From Trichomonas gallinae (lineage: Eukaryota): a stretch of 52,979 bases of DNA. The stretch lies in NCBI GenBank assembly GCA_008369845.1, contig MRSU01004216.1, positions 1-52,979 on the forward strand, given 5' to 3'. Shown here piece by piece: positions 40,101 through 50,100 of this stretch (its first letter is position 1; the number at the start of each line of letters is the position of its first letter). The notes under the pieces were generated by a model, which was not told where the DNA came from, made no database searches, and worked only from the letters and a program-made list of their open reading frames with translations. The position numbers were made by a program, and so were the translations under genes.

Positions 40101-42561
40101 AGCCGTCTGGGTTGTATCTGCGCTCGATGATTGTTCCGTCTGGAGAAATTGTCTTTGATGCGACGAGCTTTCCTTCCTTGTTGAACAATCTCTCTGTAAC
40201 TGTTCCATCCTTCTGGATCTCGCGCTCGATGACTGAGCCGTCTGGGTTTTGGATCTTCTGGACGAGTGGACCCTCGCGCTCGTTGTGCTTCGAGGCTGAT
40301 GCGTCCTTGTCGGAGATGCTTTCGTTGACTTCACCTGTTCTGAGCTCTGAGCGCTGTGATTGTGAACCATCTGGGCTCTTGATCATCTGTGAGAGGTTGC
40401 CTTCGAATGACAAGATTCTCTCAGCGATTGTGCCATCTGGATTGATGATTCTCTGGCCAGCGAGTGAGCCGTCTGGATTGTAGATTCTCTCGATGATGGA
40501 TCCGTCTGGATTTGTGACTCTCTCAGAGATTGTGCCGTCTGAGTTGATGACCTTCTGTGGGAGAATGACAGAGACTTGCTCCATGTCTGCGTTCTCTTCG
40601 GCGCCTTCCTCACCTTCGAGGTCGACTTCGCGGGAAACGTAGACATCTTCCATGAGCTCGGCTGCAGCGTAGAATTGCTTGAAGTTCTCGTTGAATGCTT
40701 TCATGAGATTGCCGTGGACGTTCGTGAGCTGCTGGAATGATTGGCTTGTGAGCTTCCTTTCGTTGTCGAGCTCTTCGTCCATCTTCTGGAGGCCACGGAT
40801 TGTAGCTGCGAGCTGTTCCTTGACATCATCTGGAGCGTTGACCATAGCCTTCTGGAGCTCAGCGATGATCTGTGGAATCTTCGACTTCTGGTACTCTGGG
40901 GCCTGGAAAACGAGGCCAGAGGCGAGTTCCTGGGCTTCAGCGAGCTGTGCCTGTATTCTAGCGTTTTCTTGGACGAGTTTTGCGTTTTCTTGGACCATCT
41001 TCTGATGTTCTTCGCGGAGACTCTTGAGTTCGGAGTTGGATTGAGCTGCGATGGCAGCTGCTGAGCCTGCGAGCTTGGCGGCAGCGAGTTCGTTCTCGAG
41101 ATCTTGAATTCTCATTAAAAGATCTTCATTTTGCTTGGCAATTTCGCTGTTGTGCTCGAGGTTTTCGATTTCTTGCTTGAGCTTCTCGTTTTCAGCAACC
41201 TGTGCCTCAAGTTCTTTCTTGATAACATCTGCATCTTGCTGATTGAGTCTTGCGATCTCAGCGCGGGCTTCAGCAAGCTCTGCAGCAACGCCTCCTTCTG
41301 GGAGTGGTGGCATTTTCATGTCGCGTAATTCGAAATCGGCTGCGAAATTATATTTCTTGACAAGTTCTTGTGCGTAAACGTTGTTTCCACCTGTTGGCTG
41401 TGGAACTTGAAGGCCTGACATGGCGAATCTGTGGGCTTGCTCGCAAGCTTTATCGAATTCAGCGCCATTGAGCAAGCAATAACGCAGGTACTCGAAGAAT
41501 GCGAATGAGTAGTTGAATGTGACTGTTGAGTCCTTCTCTTGCTGGTTTCTCATGATGGAATACATCTGTGGAAGGATTTGATCGGCTGGTGTGTATTCGA
41601 GGCCATTGGCGAAAGAAGCAGCAGAGTAAACGGCATCTGCTGGGCCCTGGAAAACCTGGTTGATGTCGTTCAAGTCAGCCTCAATCTTCTCTGTGAATTC
41701 TGGATTGAACTTTCTTCCCTTTAAGGCATCGACGACGCCAGACTTGTAATATTCGACAGAAAGAGTAATTCTGTCAGAATATGACACAGACATTGCGTGG
41801 TGAAGGCCGTTCAAGAAGTTGACGAAGATTTGTCCACCACCGGCTCTGATTTCATCGGAAAAGATCCTGAAAATGTATTTGTGGTTGTTCTTCTTGGCCA
41901 AAGATTGAAGTGCCTCGATGATATTTGAAGGACCACGGTCCATGAATACATAAGGCAATAAAATATAAAGAATGGTTTCAAATTGGCTTGGATCGAATAC
42001 GGAGATTGATGTGACGAGCAGTTCGATCGCTTTAACATAAGTCAACATAATTTGTGATCCTTGTCTTGTATCGACAACGGCTTTGAGTGTTCTAAGGATT
42101 TCACTCGTTGGCTGCTTCGGAATATCTAAGTTTCCCATGAATAATTGGTGGAAAGCTTTGTTCCTAGCCAATTCACGGAGCAAAATAATTGGGCCTCCTG
42201 CACGGCAGAATCTATCTACCCACAATAAGCGTGCTGTGCGGATGTTGAGTGAAATAGAATGTAAATAACGGATATCTAAGTGCTCCTGGAGCTTTTTGAG
42301 AAGCCATTCTGGTGTTGGGACACGGTGTTCGTGTTCTTCTTGTTCGAGAATGAACTCCCATTTCTCTTTAATGCTTAATGCTCCAAATTCTTTCTTCCTT
42401 TTCTCATCGAAATCGAGTTGTATCATCAAATCATCGAATCTCTTAATTACGATATCATCAGCTGGTGGAACCTTATCAGATCGACCAACTGTGAATACTT
42501 CCATACCTGGGAAAGGCAGAGGAACTTCCTCCTCCGGGAATAGCCAGTCCCAAAATCCCAT
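34141..42561 (-). CDS. Giant atypical formin (GBD/FH3 - coiled coil - ~1700-aa xxDG repeat array - FH2 - DAD-like), 2806 aa
   Basis: Diaphanous-type GBD/FH3 N-terminus (KEKWEFI, ISLNIRTARLLWVDRF...GG, EILRTLKAVVDT). FH2 lasso MPWKTL..GIW, AGNFLNG at 34816-34833 and AFSLQALFNLRGMKT. DAD-like GMIETMMSA at 34252-34278. Confidence 0.85.
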   Translation of the reverse strand: MGFWDWLFPEEEVPLPFPGMEVFTVGRSDKVPPADDIVIKRFDDLMIQLDFDEKRKKEFGALSIKEKWEFILEQEEHEHRVPTPEWLLKKLQEHLDIRYLHSISLNIRTARLLWVDRFCRAGGPIILLRELARNKAFHQLFMGNLDIPKQPTSEILRTLKAVVDTRQGSQIMLTYVKAIELLVTSISVFDPSQFETILYILLPYVFMDRGPSNIIEALQSLAKKNNHKYIFRIFSDEIRAGGGQIFVNFLNGLHHAMSVSYSDRITLSVEYYKSGVVDALKGRKFNPEFTEKIEADLNDINQVFQGPADAVYSAASFANGLEYTPADQILPQMYSIMRNQQEKDSTVTFNYSFAFFEYLRYCLLNGAEFDKACEQAHRFAMSGLQVPQPTGGNNVYAQELVKKYNFAADFELRDMKMPPLPEGGVAAELAEARAEIARLNQQDADVIKKELEAQVAENEKLKQEIENLEHNSEIAKQNEDLLMRIQDLENELAAAKLAGSAAAIAAQSNSELKSLREEHQKMVQENAKLVQENARIQAQLAEAQELASGLVFQAPEYQKSKIPQIIAELQKAMVNAPDDVKEQLAATIRGLQKMDEELDNERKLTSQSFQQLTNVHGNLMKAFNENFKQFYAAAELMEDVYVSREVDLEGEEGAEENADMEQVSVILPQKVINSDGTISERVTNPDGSIIERIYNPDGSLAGQRIINPDGTIAERILSFEGNLSQMIKSPDGSQSQRSELRTGEVNESISDKDASASKHNEREGPLVQKIQNPDGSVIEREIQKDGTVTERLFNKEGKLVASKTISPDGTIIERRYNPDGSYREKTIKPDGSSTERNFTADGTLADTQAQIPRRIVNEDGSVTERFVRIDGTILERTFSPDGTVISERLLNADGSAPERVVNPDGTITEKVIKADGSIFERLLNADGTVPGRSINADGTISEKILPKSGQAKERLLNANGSIPEKIVQADGIATEKLFREDGVMIERTINPNGTLKYKRFFNHDGTMPERSPNPDGTITQKVQRPDGTLFERLLNRDGTNPVRSTNADGTTTEKVIKKDGRTLEWHISYDGTDATRTKNPDRTTTERYTRADGIIVERTLNPDETVRDEKLLSADGTPATKTENPDGSFIEKLKKADGTILERTYGSDNIFKSERTLNADGSVPEKVTNQDGTSVEKLVKGDGTIVEKTFAEGGALKSERLLNADGATPERIRNADGTITDKVKKADGSVLEVFYNSDGTVPTNVFKHDGTIAEKIVKSDGTILERILNHDGSVPSRTANMAGVYTAKIIKKDGTTIDKIVNRNGTTPDRIVNSDGTVTERIVRNDGIIIERTYNPDGSVKSERLLNYDGTVPTRVTNNDGTITELLIRPDGSTVGRLLNADGTEPSRTSNADGTTTAKAVRADGIIVERTVNPDGSIKSERYLNFDGSEPEHFTNPDGTITERVKKADGTILERTLNADGSMPKRVVNIDGTLTETLKKGDGTEFNRLINANGTVPQRTTNSDGITIEKVVRADGIIVARNLNPDGTLISERLLNADGSTPERRTNPDGTIKEKLIRSDGSESERLLNADGTAPERVVNPDTTITEKIKKADASTLEKLLNFNRTYPTVLENEDNTLTELVVRADGILIERILKPDGTVVSSRLLNADGSDPETTTLEDGTKIQMVFRADGTILERTLNPDGSVKAERTLNHNGSVPERTKNADGTITEKVIREDGIIIERIYSPEGAFMRERLINHDGSVPLRIINPDGTTVDKIIKSDGSIMEVFYNNDGSGPIKVINPDETITEKIVRYDGTILERILNHDSKVPVRTCDAKGISTADVVKPDGTTLNKIVNSNGTTPEKITNADGTVVERIIREDGTILERVYSPDGQLLKERILNHDGSVPIRITNDDGTITELIIKPDGTILQRLLNSDGSVPERVANPDGTFTEKVTRADGIIIERTLNPDGTLKSERLLNADGSVPERVTNPDGSITEKVIRKDGIIVERTFNPDGTFKSERLLNADGSVPERINNQDGTITEKIFKADGTILERLLNADGTLPKRRYNADGTATDRILRPDGIILERTFNPDGTLKSERLLNADGSVPERVTNPDGTITEKIIRKDGVIVERILNPDGTVKSERLLNADGSVPERITNPDGTITEKIIGADGSIIERRLNADGTVPQRVFKPDGTIIEKIIAKDGTVIERVIRPDGVISQRAVAPDGSATERIVTKDGAVIEKIYRPDGKIKVELTINSDGSISEKYFDEKGKVTRTKTVHPDGSITEKIINPDGTSLERTVERDGTITERTYNKDGSYTEKRIERDGTITERSYGPLSELLRETLYATDGTVTEKIINPDGTITERKITRDGFGTERVLDKDGKVISEKNFRASSPGQRVLGRAGAKQGSRRSSYVAGKTRRMPWKTLQDKTGIWHTVMNTPATADIKGVLAEQFECQTPEEGRILTPESAAAYQECLEKSGSKPEELAENIKNEQFCVSVATLEALRRLPSQPTESVLFTESKLPADATDAEKFAVALAAVPRWRSSVEDMLEHHLFDDQIVIIQSSLTKVENAIKQVSKSKFVATLLKTLLAAGNFLNGQDAMAFSLQALFNLRGMKTNDGRELIHVIEPAVSEVDIDADKLKVIATIDLIAITGRLRAAQSSLARRQISPFVVASARRVSNVIKQVGIITDALADMTYNFGLNWGLPGATSLFVAIANAAKEISAARKEIRLARAQASAGATPPATPPANTPSPTAGGRKPSLSPLATPPQEKERERGMIETMMSATKPRPSPKHLPAQPKEGPTDLELAFARVRKNIVKKD
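35450..40560 (-). repeat. Coding repeat array of ~11-aa (E-R/K-x-x-N-P/A-D-G-T/S-x-x) units with ~45-aa (135-nt) higher-order period
   Basis: About 150 DG-turn units. A 135-nt spacing is visible, e.g. 36181/36316 and 36551/36686. Confidence 0.92.
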
Positions 42562-43621
42562 GATAGAAAATTTATTTATCGTAATTTATGTTAATCTCAC
42601 TTTTGTTCCATGTACAATTTACTGCATATATTTTTTGATTTTTTACATGTTGACATAAATTATTCAATTTTAAAAAGTGACAATATTAATGATTCCACCA
42701 ATTATAATATTATTTGTCAATAATCATATAAGCAAAAAAATAAAAAAAATATTTTTTTAATTCAATTTTCTTGCATCATAATATAGATTATCTAATAGTA
42801 TATAAGAATATATGATAAAATTTGCATAAAATTTATCCAATGCTGAGATTTGATCGATTTTGTTTTAATTGTTTTTGATGAATATCATCGATCAAAAAAA
42901 TCGAAGAAAAATTGAAATCATTTCTGAACAACTTAACAAAATGATTATTTTGTTTCTTTGGAATAATCACTGTTTAATATATGTAAAATCATAATAAAAG
43001 CCTTAAATGATATGATAAATTTTAGAGTTTTCTTGGCATAATCAAAAATTTTGATTTGTTACCGATTGATATAATCATTACAGACAAAATAATTGATTTT
43101 TCCTCAGATCAGAAATTTTTTTACACTTGGATAAAATGATTTTTATGCGCTATTCTTTGCAGTATCATTCAATGAGATGAAATAAAATGAAATCAGTGGA
43201 ATTTTTGAACTTGGTCAGATTATTCAACGACGAAGAAGAAAAATTCATAAATAGTGGCGACTAAAAGTGAAAGGTATGCGAGTTTTGGTCGTAAAATAAG
43301 CAAATGATGCACGTTTATAAATTTCGCCATTCAATTTTATGCTAATATCCATAATCGTGTGTGTTATTTATACTTCAGTGCATGCATATAGTAATATATT
43401 CTATTCCTTTGAATTGAAATCATGTTCATTTTCCAGAAAAATATCGATTTTTTATCAAATCGAAAAATTGATCACATGTATATCATTACAATTAATAATT
43501 CAAGATTTCCCAAAAGTTGGATCACAAATTTTGTAGCTTTATAACAATGAAAAACTAATTTTTTAATAAATATTTGCAAAAAAATGAAAAATTTAGATTA
43601 GCGTCACTTTTCAAAAACTTG

Positions 43622-44275
43622 ATGGGGTGTCGTTCTTCAACACCTGAAGCACCTCGAATGGATTGGATGTGTGAAATCGACGAGGACTATCTAGCATCAT
43701 CGGTTTCTACTTATGGCCTTTCCGAGCATTTCACTCATTTCAAAAAATGCATGCGATACATCAGAGGAGAACGAGATGTATTCAGCGGATATCCAGCAGA
43801 GGAGCAAAATCAAATGATGTCTCAGATTCGCGTTATATATGGTTTGCTTCATGCTCGATATCTATGTACGGAAGAAGGTGTTGAAGCGATGTACGAAAAG
43901 TACCAGAAAGGTATATACGGTGGATGCCCAAGAGCTTGCTGCCAGAGAGAATTTTTATTACCAATGGGTTTATCAGACCAGCTAAATTATTCAAATGTTA
44001 AGCTGTTTTGCCCACGCTGCTTTGATATATACGAAAGCTTTTATCAAATGGATGGAGCTTACTTTGGAACTACTTTTCCGTTATATTTTATGAAATATCA
44101 CAATATTCATCCAAAGAAATACGTAGCAATGAATTTTGTAAGAACAGGACATCCAGAAGTTGACTTAAGACTACATCGATGGAGAGATATTTTATATAAA
44201 AATATTCCTCCTGCTATTGAAGCTCCGAAAGAAGAAGGAAAAGAATGCCCCGAAGAAGTTGCGAAGGAAGAATAA
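43622..44275 (+). CDS. Casein kinase II regulatory (beta) subunit-like protein, divergent, 217 aa
   Basis: CEIDEDYL, YGLLHARY, zinc ribbon CPRACC...LLPMGLSD...VKLFCPRC, DGAYFGTTFP. First ATG at 43622 with Inr TCACT at 43604-43608 (the track uses TTG 43574). Confidence 0.9.
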   Translation: MGCRSSTPEAPRMDWMCEIDEDYLASSVSTYGLSEHFTHFKKCMRYIRGERDVFSGYPAEEQNQMMSQIRVIYGLLHARYLCTEEGVEAMYEKYQKGIYGGCPRACCQREFLLPMGLSDQLNYSNVKLFCPRCFDIYESFYQMDGAYFGTTFPLYFMKYHNIHPKKYVAMNFVRTGHPEVDLRLHRWRDILYKNIPPAIEAPKEEGKECPEEVAKEE

Positions 44276-44529
44276 TCGTTTTTTCATTATTATTCAAAAA
44301 TTAATTTTGTTTGTATTATTTTGATATTTGTCGATTTTTGTTTTTAAAATAAATAGAGATCGTCCCATAGCATTATATTTTAATTGTATTTTTGCTAAAA
44401 CAAAAACTATAGTGTACGTTAATTTTTTCGTGGCAACTTTTTCGTTAATTTTAGGCTAAAATTGTTTGATAATCTAACATACATAGGAATTTTATAACGA
44501 TTTTATAGTGTGAAAATCATTTTCGTTTC

Positions 44530-45219
44530 ATGGATGAACCAGAGCTGATTTGGGAGGATTTGAAAGCGCATATCTCCCCTCCAGAGATCGATATGTACGC
44601 TAAAAGGATAGGAATAGCACGAATTTCTCGAAATGAGGAAATATATAACGAATTATCAACATTAAGAAAATTATATAATGCAATGCAAAACAAATTAACA
44701 GAAGAAATCGCAAAGAAAACACCAAGTATATTAGTATCCGCACAGAGAACTGCTGCAATTCAGAAATGTATTCATTTCTTGGATTCTTTAAAGGCTTCAG
44801 GGCATTTCATTGAAACAGACAATCCTGTAGATAGAGAAATAGTTAAATATTTGAAAGTTACAAGGACAGATCGGCCGAATTCAAGCTCTCCTATTTCTTC
44901 TTCTCGACCAACCTCAACTTTGAGAAGCTCAAGAAGTGTTTCTGATATAGATCATAGTATAGACGAAGTGAGAGCCCTTCTAGACGAAGAATTCGAATAT
45001 ATGCAAACACAAGTTACGGAAATTCGTTGTTCAATGTTTAACGTTTGCGACGAATATAACGAAGCTAAGCAAGTTGAGCCACCTACAACAGAGTCAATCG
45101 AAAAATTCAATAAAAGACTTCAACAGCAAGATTTCACAGTCCGCAGCATGATGAAGCAGAAATCTACTGGTGTTAATAGACTGAGAGATTCAGTCCAAAT
45201 GAATCGTTTGTGGGAATAA
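44530..45219 (+). CDS. CCDC24-like coiled-coil protein, 229 aa
   Basis: IWEDLKAHI..E..KRIG...E...EL..LR, ID....VRALLDEE and EPPT..I resemble conserved CCDC24 blocks. Inr TCATT at 44517-44521. Confidence 0.6.
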   Translation: MDEPELIWEDLKAHISPPEIDMYAKRIGIARISRNEEIYNELSTLRKLYNAMQNKLTEEIAKKTPSILVSAQRTAAIQKCIHFLDSLKASGHFIETDNPVDREIVKYLKVTRTDRPNSSSPISSSRPTSTLRSSRSVSDIDHSIDEVRALLDEEFEYMQTQVTEIRCSMFNVCDEYNEAKQVEPPTTESIEKFNKRLQQQDFTVRSMMKQKSTGVNRLRDSVQMNRLWE

Positions 45220-45635
45220 TTTTGATTTTCAATTTTGCTTCATATCTGCAGCTGTTTATAACTAAATTTGTTTTTATCTTCTTTACAATACTACATTTTA
45301 TTTCTAAATCATATACTATCACGCTTAATAAATGAAAAATATTTTTATATCAATTATAGATTTTACATTTTTTGATGTAGATAATAATATTATCATGTTA
45401 CCAAAATGTTTATGCATCAATAACATGTTTTTAAATTTTAAAATCATGATGTAATAAAAAATCATTTTTCTCAACAACTGACAATTATTTTTATTTTTAA
45501 AATTAATAATTATATTATTTATATAGTCTATTTTAATATAATATATATTTTATAAATTTTTGATCATGAAAATATTCACTTTTTTGCGTTTTAATATATT
45601 CGATAAATTAATTATATGTTACGTTTAATTTAAAA

Positions 45636-46832
45636 ATGACGAATTCTTTCTCTGGTTTTGACTCGACAACATTCACGAAATCTGATTTACGCATGTCAGC
45701 GCTTTCCTCTGGCATCAACAGTTTCAGTATAACTGCAAAGAAACCGCCAAAATCGATAGAAGAACAAATTGATGAATTAGACGAAAAAATAAATCAAATG
45801 CGCCAGCAAGTATTAAACTCAGAGCATGCACTAAGATCATTAACCGATGAAATTGAGACAAAACATGAATTATTCGTTCGCCAAATTGAAAATCTTAAAG
45901 AACAAATTGATTCCGCGAACAAAGAAGCAGAAAATTCATTCGTTATACAACAAGCTGACGAACAAGCAGAATACGTCCGCCTTCATCGAAAACTCGAAGA
46001 AGAAATTTTATCTTATCAACAAAAATTCGATGCAGCAGCAACCAAACTCGAAAAACAAGTTGCGCAGAGGCAGGAATATGCAGAAATCAGAAATGCATGG
46101 CAAATTACAGACATGAAACGTTCATTACAACTCGAAGTTTCTAAAATCTCCGAATACAATTTAAACAAAACATTTGGCCGCGAGGGCAAAGCAATGACGA
46201 AGAGAGCAAAGCTAAGACAAGTACAAATGAGCTTGAAGAACATTCAAGACGAAGTTTCAAAATTAAATATGCAAGTTAAAGAGGCACAAGCCAACTATCA
46301 TGTTGAACAAAAGGAGTTACAGAACAAAATAGAAATGTCTCAGCAAAATCATAAACTTATGATGCAGAAATTGCAAACTGAACAAGAAAATCGTGAAAAA
46401 GATTACATCAGACACTTGAATGCGGTAAAAATGAATATAGAGGGAGAGAAACAGAGAATCGACTACGAATCTCAAGCGAGCGAAACAAAATTCACAAATC
46501 TTCAATCTGTTCTACGTACAGTTCAAAGACAAGGAGCGCAACAGATACAGAGACAAACAGTGGATATCCAAAAGCTTCAATCAGCCCTTCAATCTGCAGA
46601 AGCATCAGAATCGAGATTAGAACAGTCAACAAGGGGAAGCGATATGAAAATGCAGGACATTAGAACAAAACACGCCGAGTGGAAGACATTGGCTGATGAT
46701 ATCATCGAAGAAACTAATGCACTCAAGATCGAAAACCAAAAAATTGTTATTGAACTCGAAAAAATTGAACAAAATCAGAAACAACAGCAAAAAAGTACAC
46801 GACTCTCCAAGAGAAACTTTTCCTACTATTAA
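45636..46832 (+). CDS. Coiled-coil protein, 398 aa
   Basis: Long ORF, Q/E/K-rich heptads throughout. Confidence 0.8.
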   Translation: MTNSFSGFDSTTFTKSDLRMSALSSGINSFSITAKKPPKSIEEQIDELDEKINQMRQQVLNSEHALRSLTDEIETKHELFVRQIENLKEQIDSANKEAENSFVIQQADEQAEYVRLHRKLEEEILSYQQKFDAAATKLEKQVAQRQEYAEIRNAWQITDMKRSLQLEVSKISEYNLNKTFGREGKAMTKRAKLRQVQMSLKNIQDEVSKLNMQVKEAQANYHVEQKELQNKIEMSQQNHKLMMQKLQTEQENREKDYIRHLNAVKMNIEGEKQRIDYESQASETKFTNLQSVLRTVQRQGAQQIQRQTVDIQKLQSALQSAEASESRLEQSTRGSDMKMQDIRTKHAEWKTLADDIIEETNALKIENQKIVIELEKIEQNQKQQQKSTRLSKRNFSYY

Positions 46833-47131
46833 TTTTGTATGTTTTATTAAAAAATTTCTATTTTCAATTTTGTTACTAAACAAAAATCTATCAACATTTC
46901 ATCTACAACTTACACATGCCTAAATATTTAAAATTTCAACATCATTTTGTCTGTTCTAAGTTTAAAAATATAAAAACAAATAATTTTGATATTATTATCT
47001 TTTATTATATTATAAAGTGATAAATATTATGTAATAATAGATAAAAACGGCGATATTTTTGAGTATTAATGAAAAAATTCTAAATCAAGAAAATAACAAA
47101 ACATTTTAATATATATATATACAAAATACAA

Positions 47132-50100
47132 TTATGGAATTGTTGATATCTTTTCTGTAGTAGCTGCAAATTTGGCAATCATCATTTCATTGCCTTGTAA
47201 TGTCTGAGAAATTGCAACTTTTTTGTCTGGAAAAACTTCGAGCATGTTATACATAACCTGCAGGATCTGTTTCGCGCATTCATCTGATATATCCATGTTC
47301 TGGAACTCATCAATCGACCTTGCGAATAAAACAATCATCGGTCTAACGAAATGTGGAACGAAACTAGTGTCAATTGAAGCCGACATTTGACAGACAAATC
47401 TAAAAGCAGGTTCATTGTATTGATAATTGCTTTCATAAGGTAAATAAGCTAAAACATGCTGGTAAACCTGCTTAAAGTCATATTGGTAGGCAGCGACAAA
47501 CTGAATGGCAGTGAAAGAAAGACATTCTTTGAGTTTTCTCACTGTCGTTAATATGTCGCTTGTCAATGAGTTATTCAATAGTTTTTGGATAATTATGTTG
47601 TAAACATCTGAAGCAATATTTGCGATTATTGCTGGATGAGAGCCGCATAACTGAGCGAGGAAGATCGACGCGGACAAAGCTAATGTCGGCAAGTCGTCGT
47701 TTATGAGTTTAATGACGAGTTCTATGAATTTGCTTCGAAACTCTTCTGGCAAAAATTCTGGATTTGCGACAAAAATTTGAGCCGTGACATCAATCGCGAA
47801 ACTCATAACATCCGGGCCTTGTTCTGTGAGCAAATGGTCGAGCATCGGCAAGAATATCTGTTGTATTGATGCAGGATCAGCAGCTGCGAACACGTTTAAT
47901 ATCATCGGTATATATATGTCTTTGTCGAAAATTGAATAATTAAATATATAATATCCGTTGTATTCATTGAACGTGTCTGTTATCAAATTCAGCAAAATCG
48001 GCGGCAGCATCATATAATATTCTTCTATTATAGCAGGTCCGAATAAAGACACTACCTTGGAGATCGCTCTCAATGCTGCAGCGACGATGCTCTCTTCTTG
48101 CATCTTCCCGAGGATGTTGTACAAAATATTTTGGATCATTCTGTCGAACAATATCATTATTTCTTGTGGGATCTCAATTCCAGCAATTATCTCGCTCAGC
48201 ATGATGTAGCAGTCCATGCTGGAGACTATGACACTCGTGTTGTTGACACCGACGATGCTCAAAATGACGACAATCGATTCGTGCATCAGGTTTAAGTCGC
48301 CTGAAACTGACGCGATTTGTATCATTGTCTTTAGAGCACAAATTGCTGCTTCTAGTCTCAGCCACAGATCTTCCAATCCTTTGTTGTTCTTCTCCATGTT
48401 GAGGTGAGCGATTTCGCTGTTCCAGTGGACAGAGAAAAAAGGACGAATCTGTTCAATAACTTCCGCAAATTTCGTCGAACAAGCTTCGGGAATTGATGTC
48501 GTCAAACACATGAAACAGTTGATGGCGTCGATCTCCGTGTAAATATCTGGCGATGATATGCATGGAATTAGTAATTGCATGATCGGATCGAAGGCTGGAA
48601 GGATTAATTCAGGACATCTTTCGGCTAAAGACGTAATTACACTGAAAAGAGGACTGATAACACTGGTATCGAAGTTCTCTTGGGATAATCCTTGGCTTAA
48701 TATCTCGAGAATCGGGTTTAAAATGTCATTAAATAATTGTTCTACTTTAAACTTGGATTTTTCAATTGACATTGAAAGGGCACTGCAAGCACCAGTCTGC
48801 AAACCAGGATTACTCGTTTGGAAGAGCTGCAGACAAATCTGTACAATATTTTCAAAATCATTATCTGTTGTATCAAGAACTTTGAGAACTGAGTTAAACA
48901 GGTTGAGTGCTGATGCTGTATCCTCACTGTGCATCAAGCTTATAGCTGCAGAGAGCAAATATGTCGCGTTTTCGTTGATGTTTTGTGAAAAAATCGGTGC
49001 GTGTACTTCTAGAAACCTCATTGACATCTTCATCATGACATCTTCTTCAGCTTTAAACGACTGCATGATCATATCGAAGACTTCATTCCGTTTAACAACG
49101 AATTCCCAAGGAGATGCAGCAATTGCATTTTGAAGAATCAAAATTGCAGCTGCATGGCTGTTTGGCGTGCCTACTTCGTTTAGTATGTTGATTCCTTGCT
49201 GTGTGAGTTCGATAATATCAGCGGGTTTCAGTCTATTATAGATTTGATTAAACATTTGGTCGAAATCGAAAAGCCAGTTCATTGTTGGGTCAAAGTCACC
49301 AATATCAAAGAAATTAACAGCAATAGAAAGCTCAAGCTGAAACAAAACAGAAATTCTTTGATTGAAATCTTCTTCTGTTTCTCCAAAACTTATTTTTGGA
49401 TCATTTATGAGTATAGATGTCATGAAGTTATTCAAATGTAGAGTGTATTCTGTCTCAAAGCTTTGCATTTGCAAGATTGCGATCAAAAAATCAAAAATTT
49501 CTTGTGTTGGAATGAAGCACAAGCCACATTCAAGTCCGCACATAATAGGTGTGGACATCTTCATGAACATCTCAGCATCTCCCATGGGTATTACCGCTTG
49601 CATTACGACGAAAATTTGTTCATAAAAAACCATGAACTTCTCTTGGGCTTGTGGTTCTTTTATTGGTATTGCTAGAGTGAAAAGCAACTGCATTGCGTAG
49701 AGAACTTCGTTAGATTCTGACGATTGAAGTCCTTTTAGAATTAAATTTTGAAAATATTCGAGTGATTGAATGACTTTGATGCTATTAATACTACTTAGGA
49801 GCTGTGATAATAGCTTTAGCACAACTTCAAGCGGTGTATTTTCATCGAATATCAAGTTTGTGAATTCAATCCATTCTTGCCAATAAGTAAGGATCTCGCC
49901 TATAACGGCAATTATAGAGTTAGCGACTGTTTCTTCGGTTTCTGATGCCAAAAATTGCAAAATTTTATTCTTGGTCGTAGAAAGAATCGCTTCATCGACA
50001 TTTGTTTGTACTTTTCGAATACATACGCATATACCGTAGAGAGCGTACTGTTTCATAACCGCATCTGTAGTTTCTTCCGCGATTTCGAGATTTAATGGGA

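Noticed and set aside
34274..40483. Long plus-strand ORFs (269-417 aa) and alternative-frame minus ORFs overlapping the formin
   Set aside because: Shadows of the biased, repetitive formin codons. The translations are low-complexity mirror images with no domains.
44472..44487. TCTAACATACATAG resembling a trichomonad branch-point/3' splice motif
   Set aside because: Spacing does not fit ACTAACACACAG, no convincing 5' splice site was seen, and the downstream gene has its own Inr.
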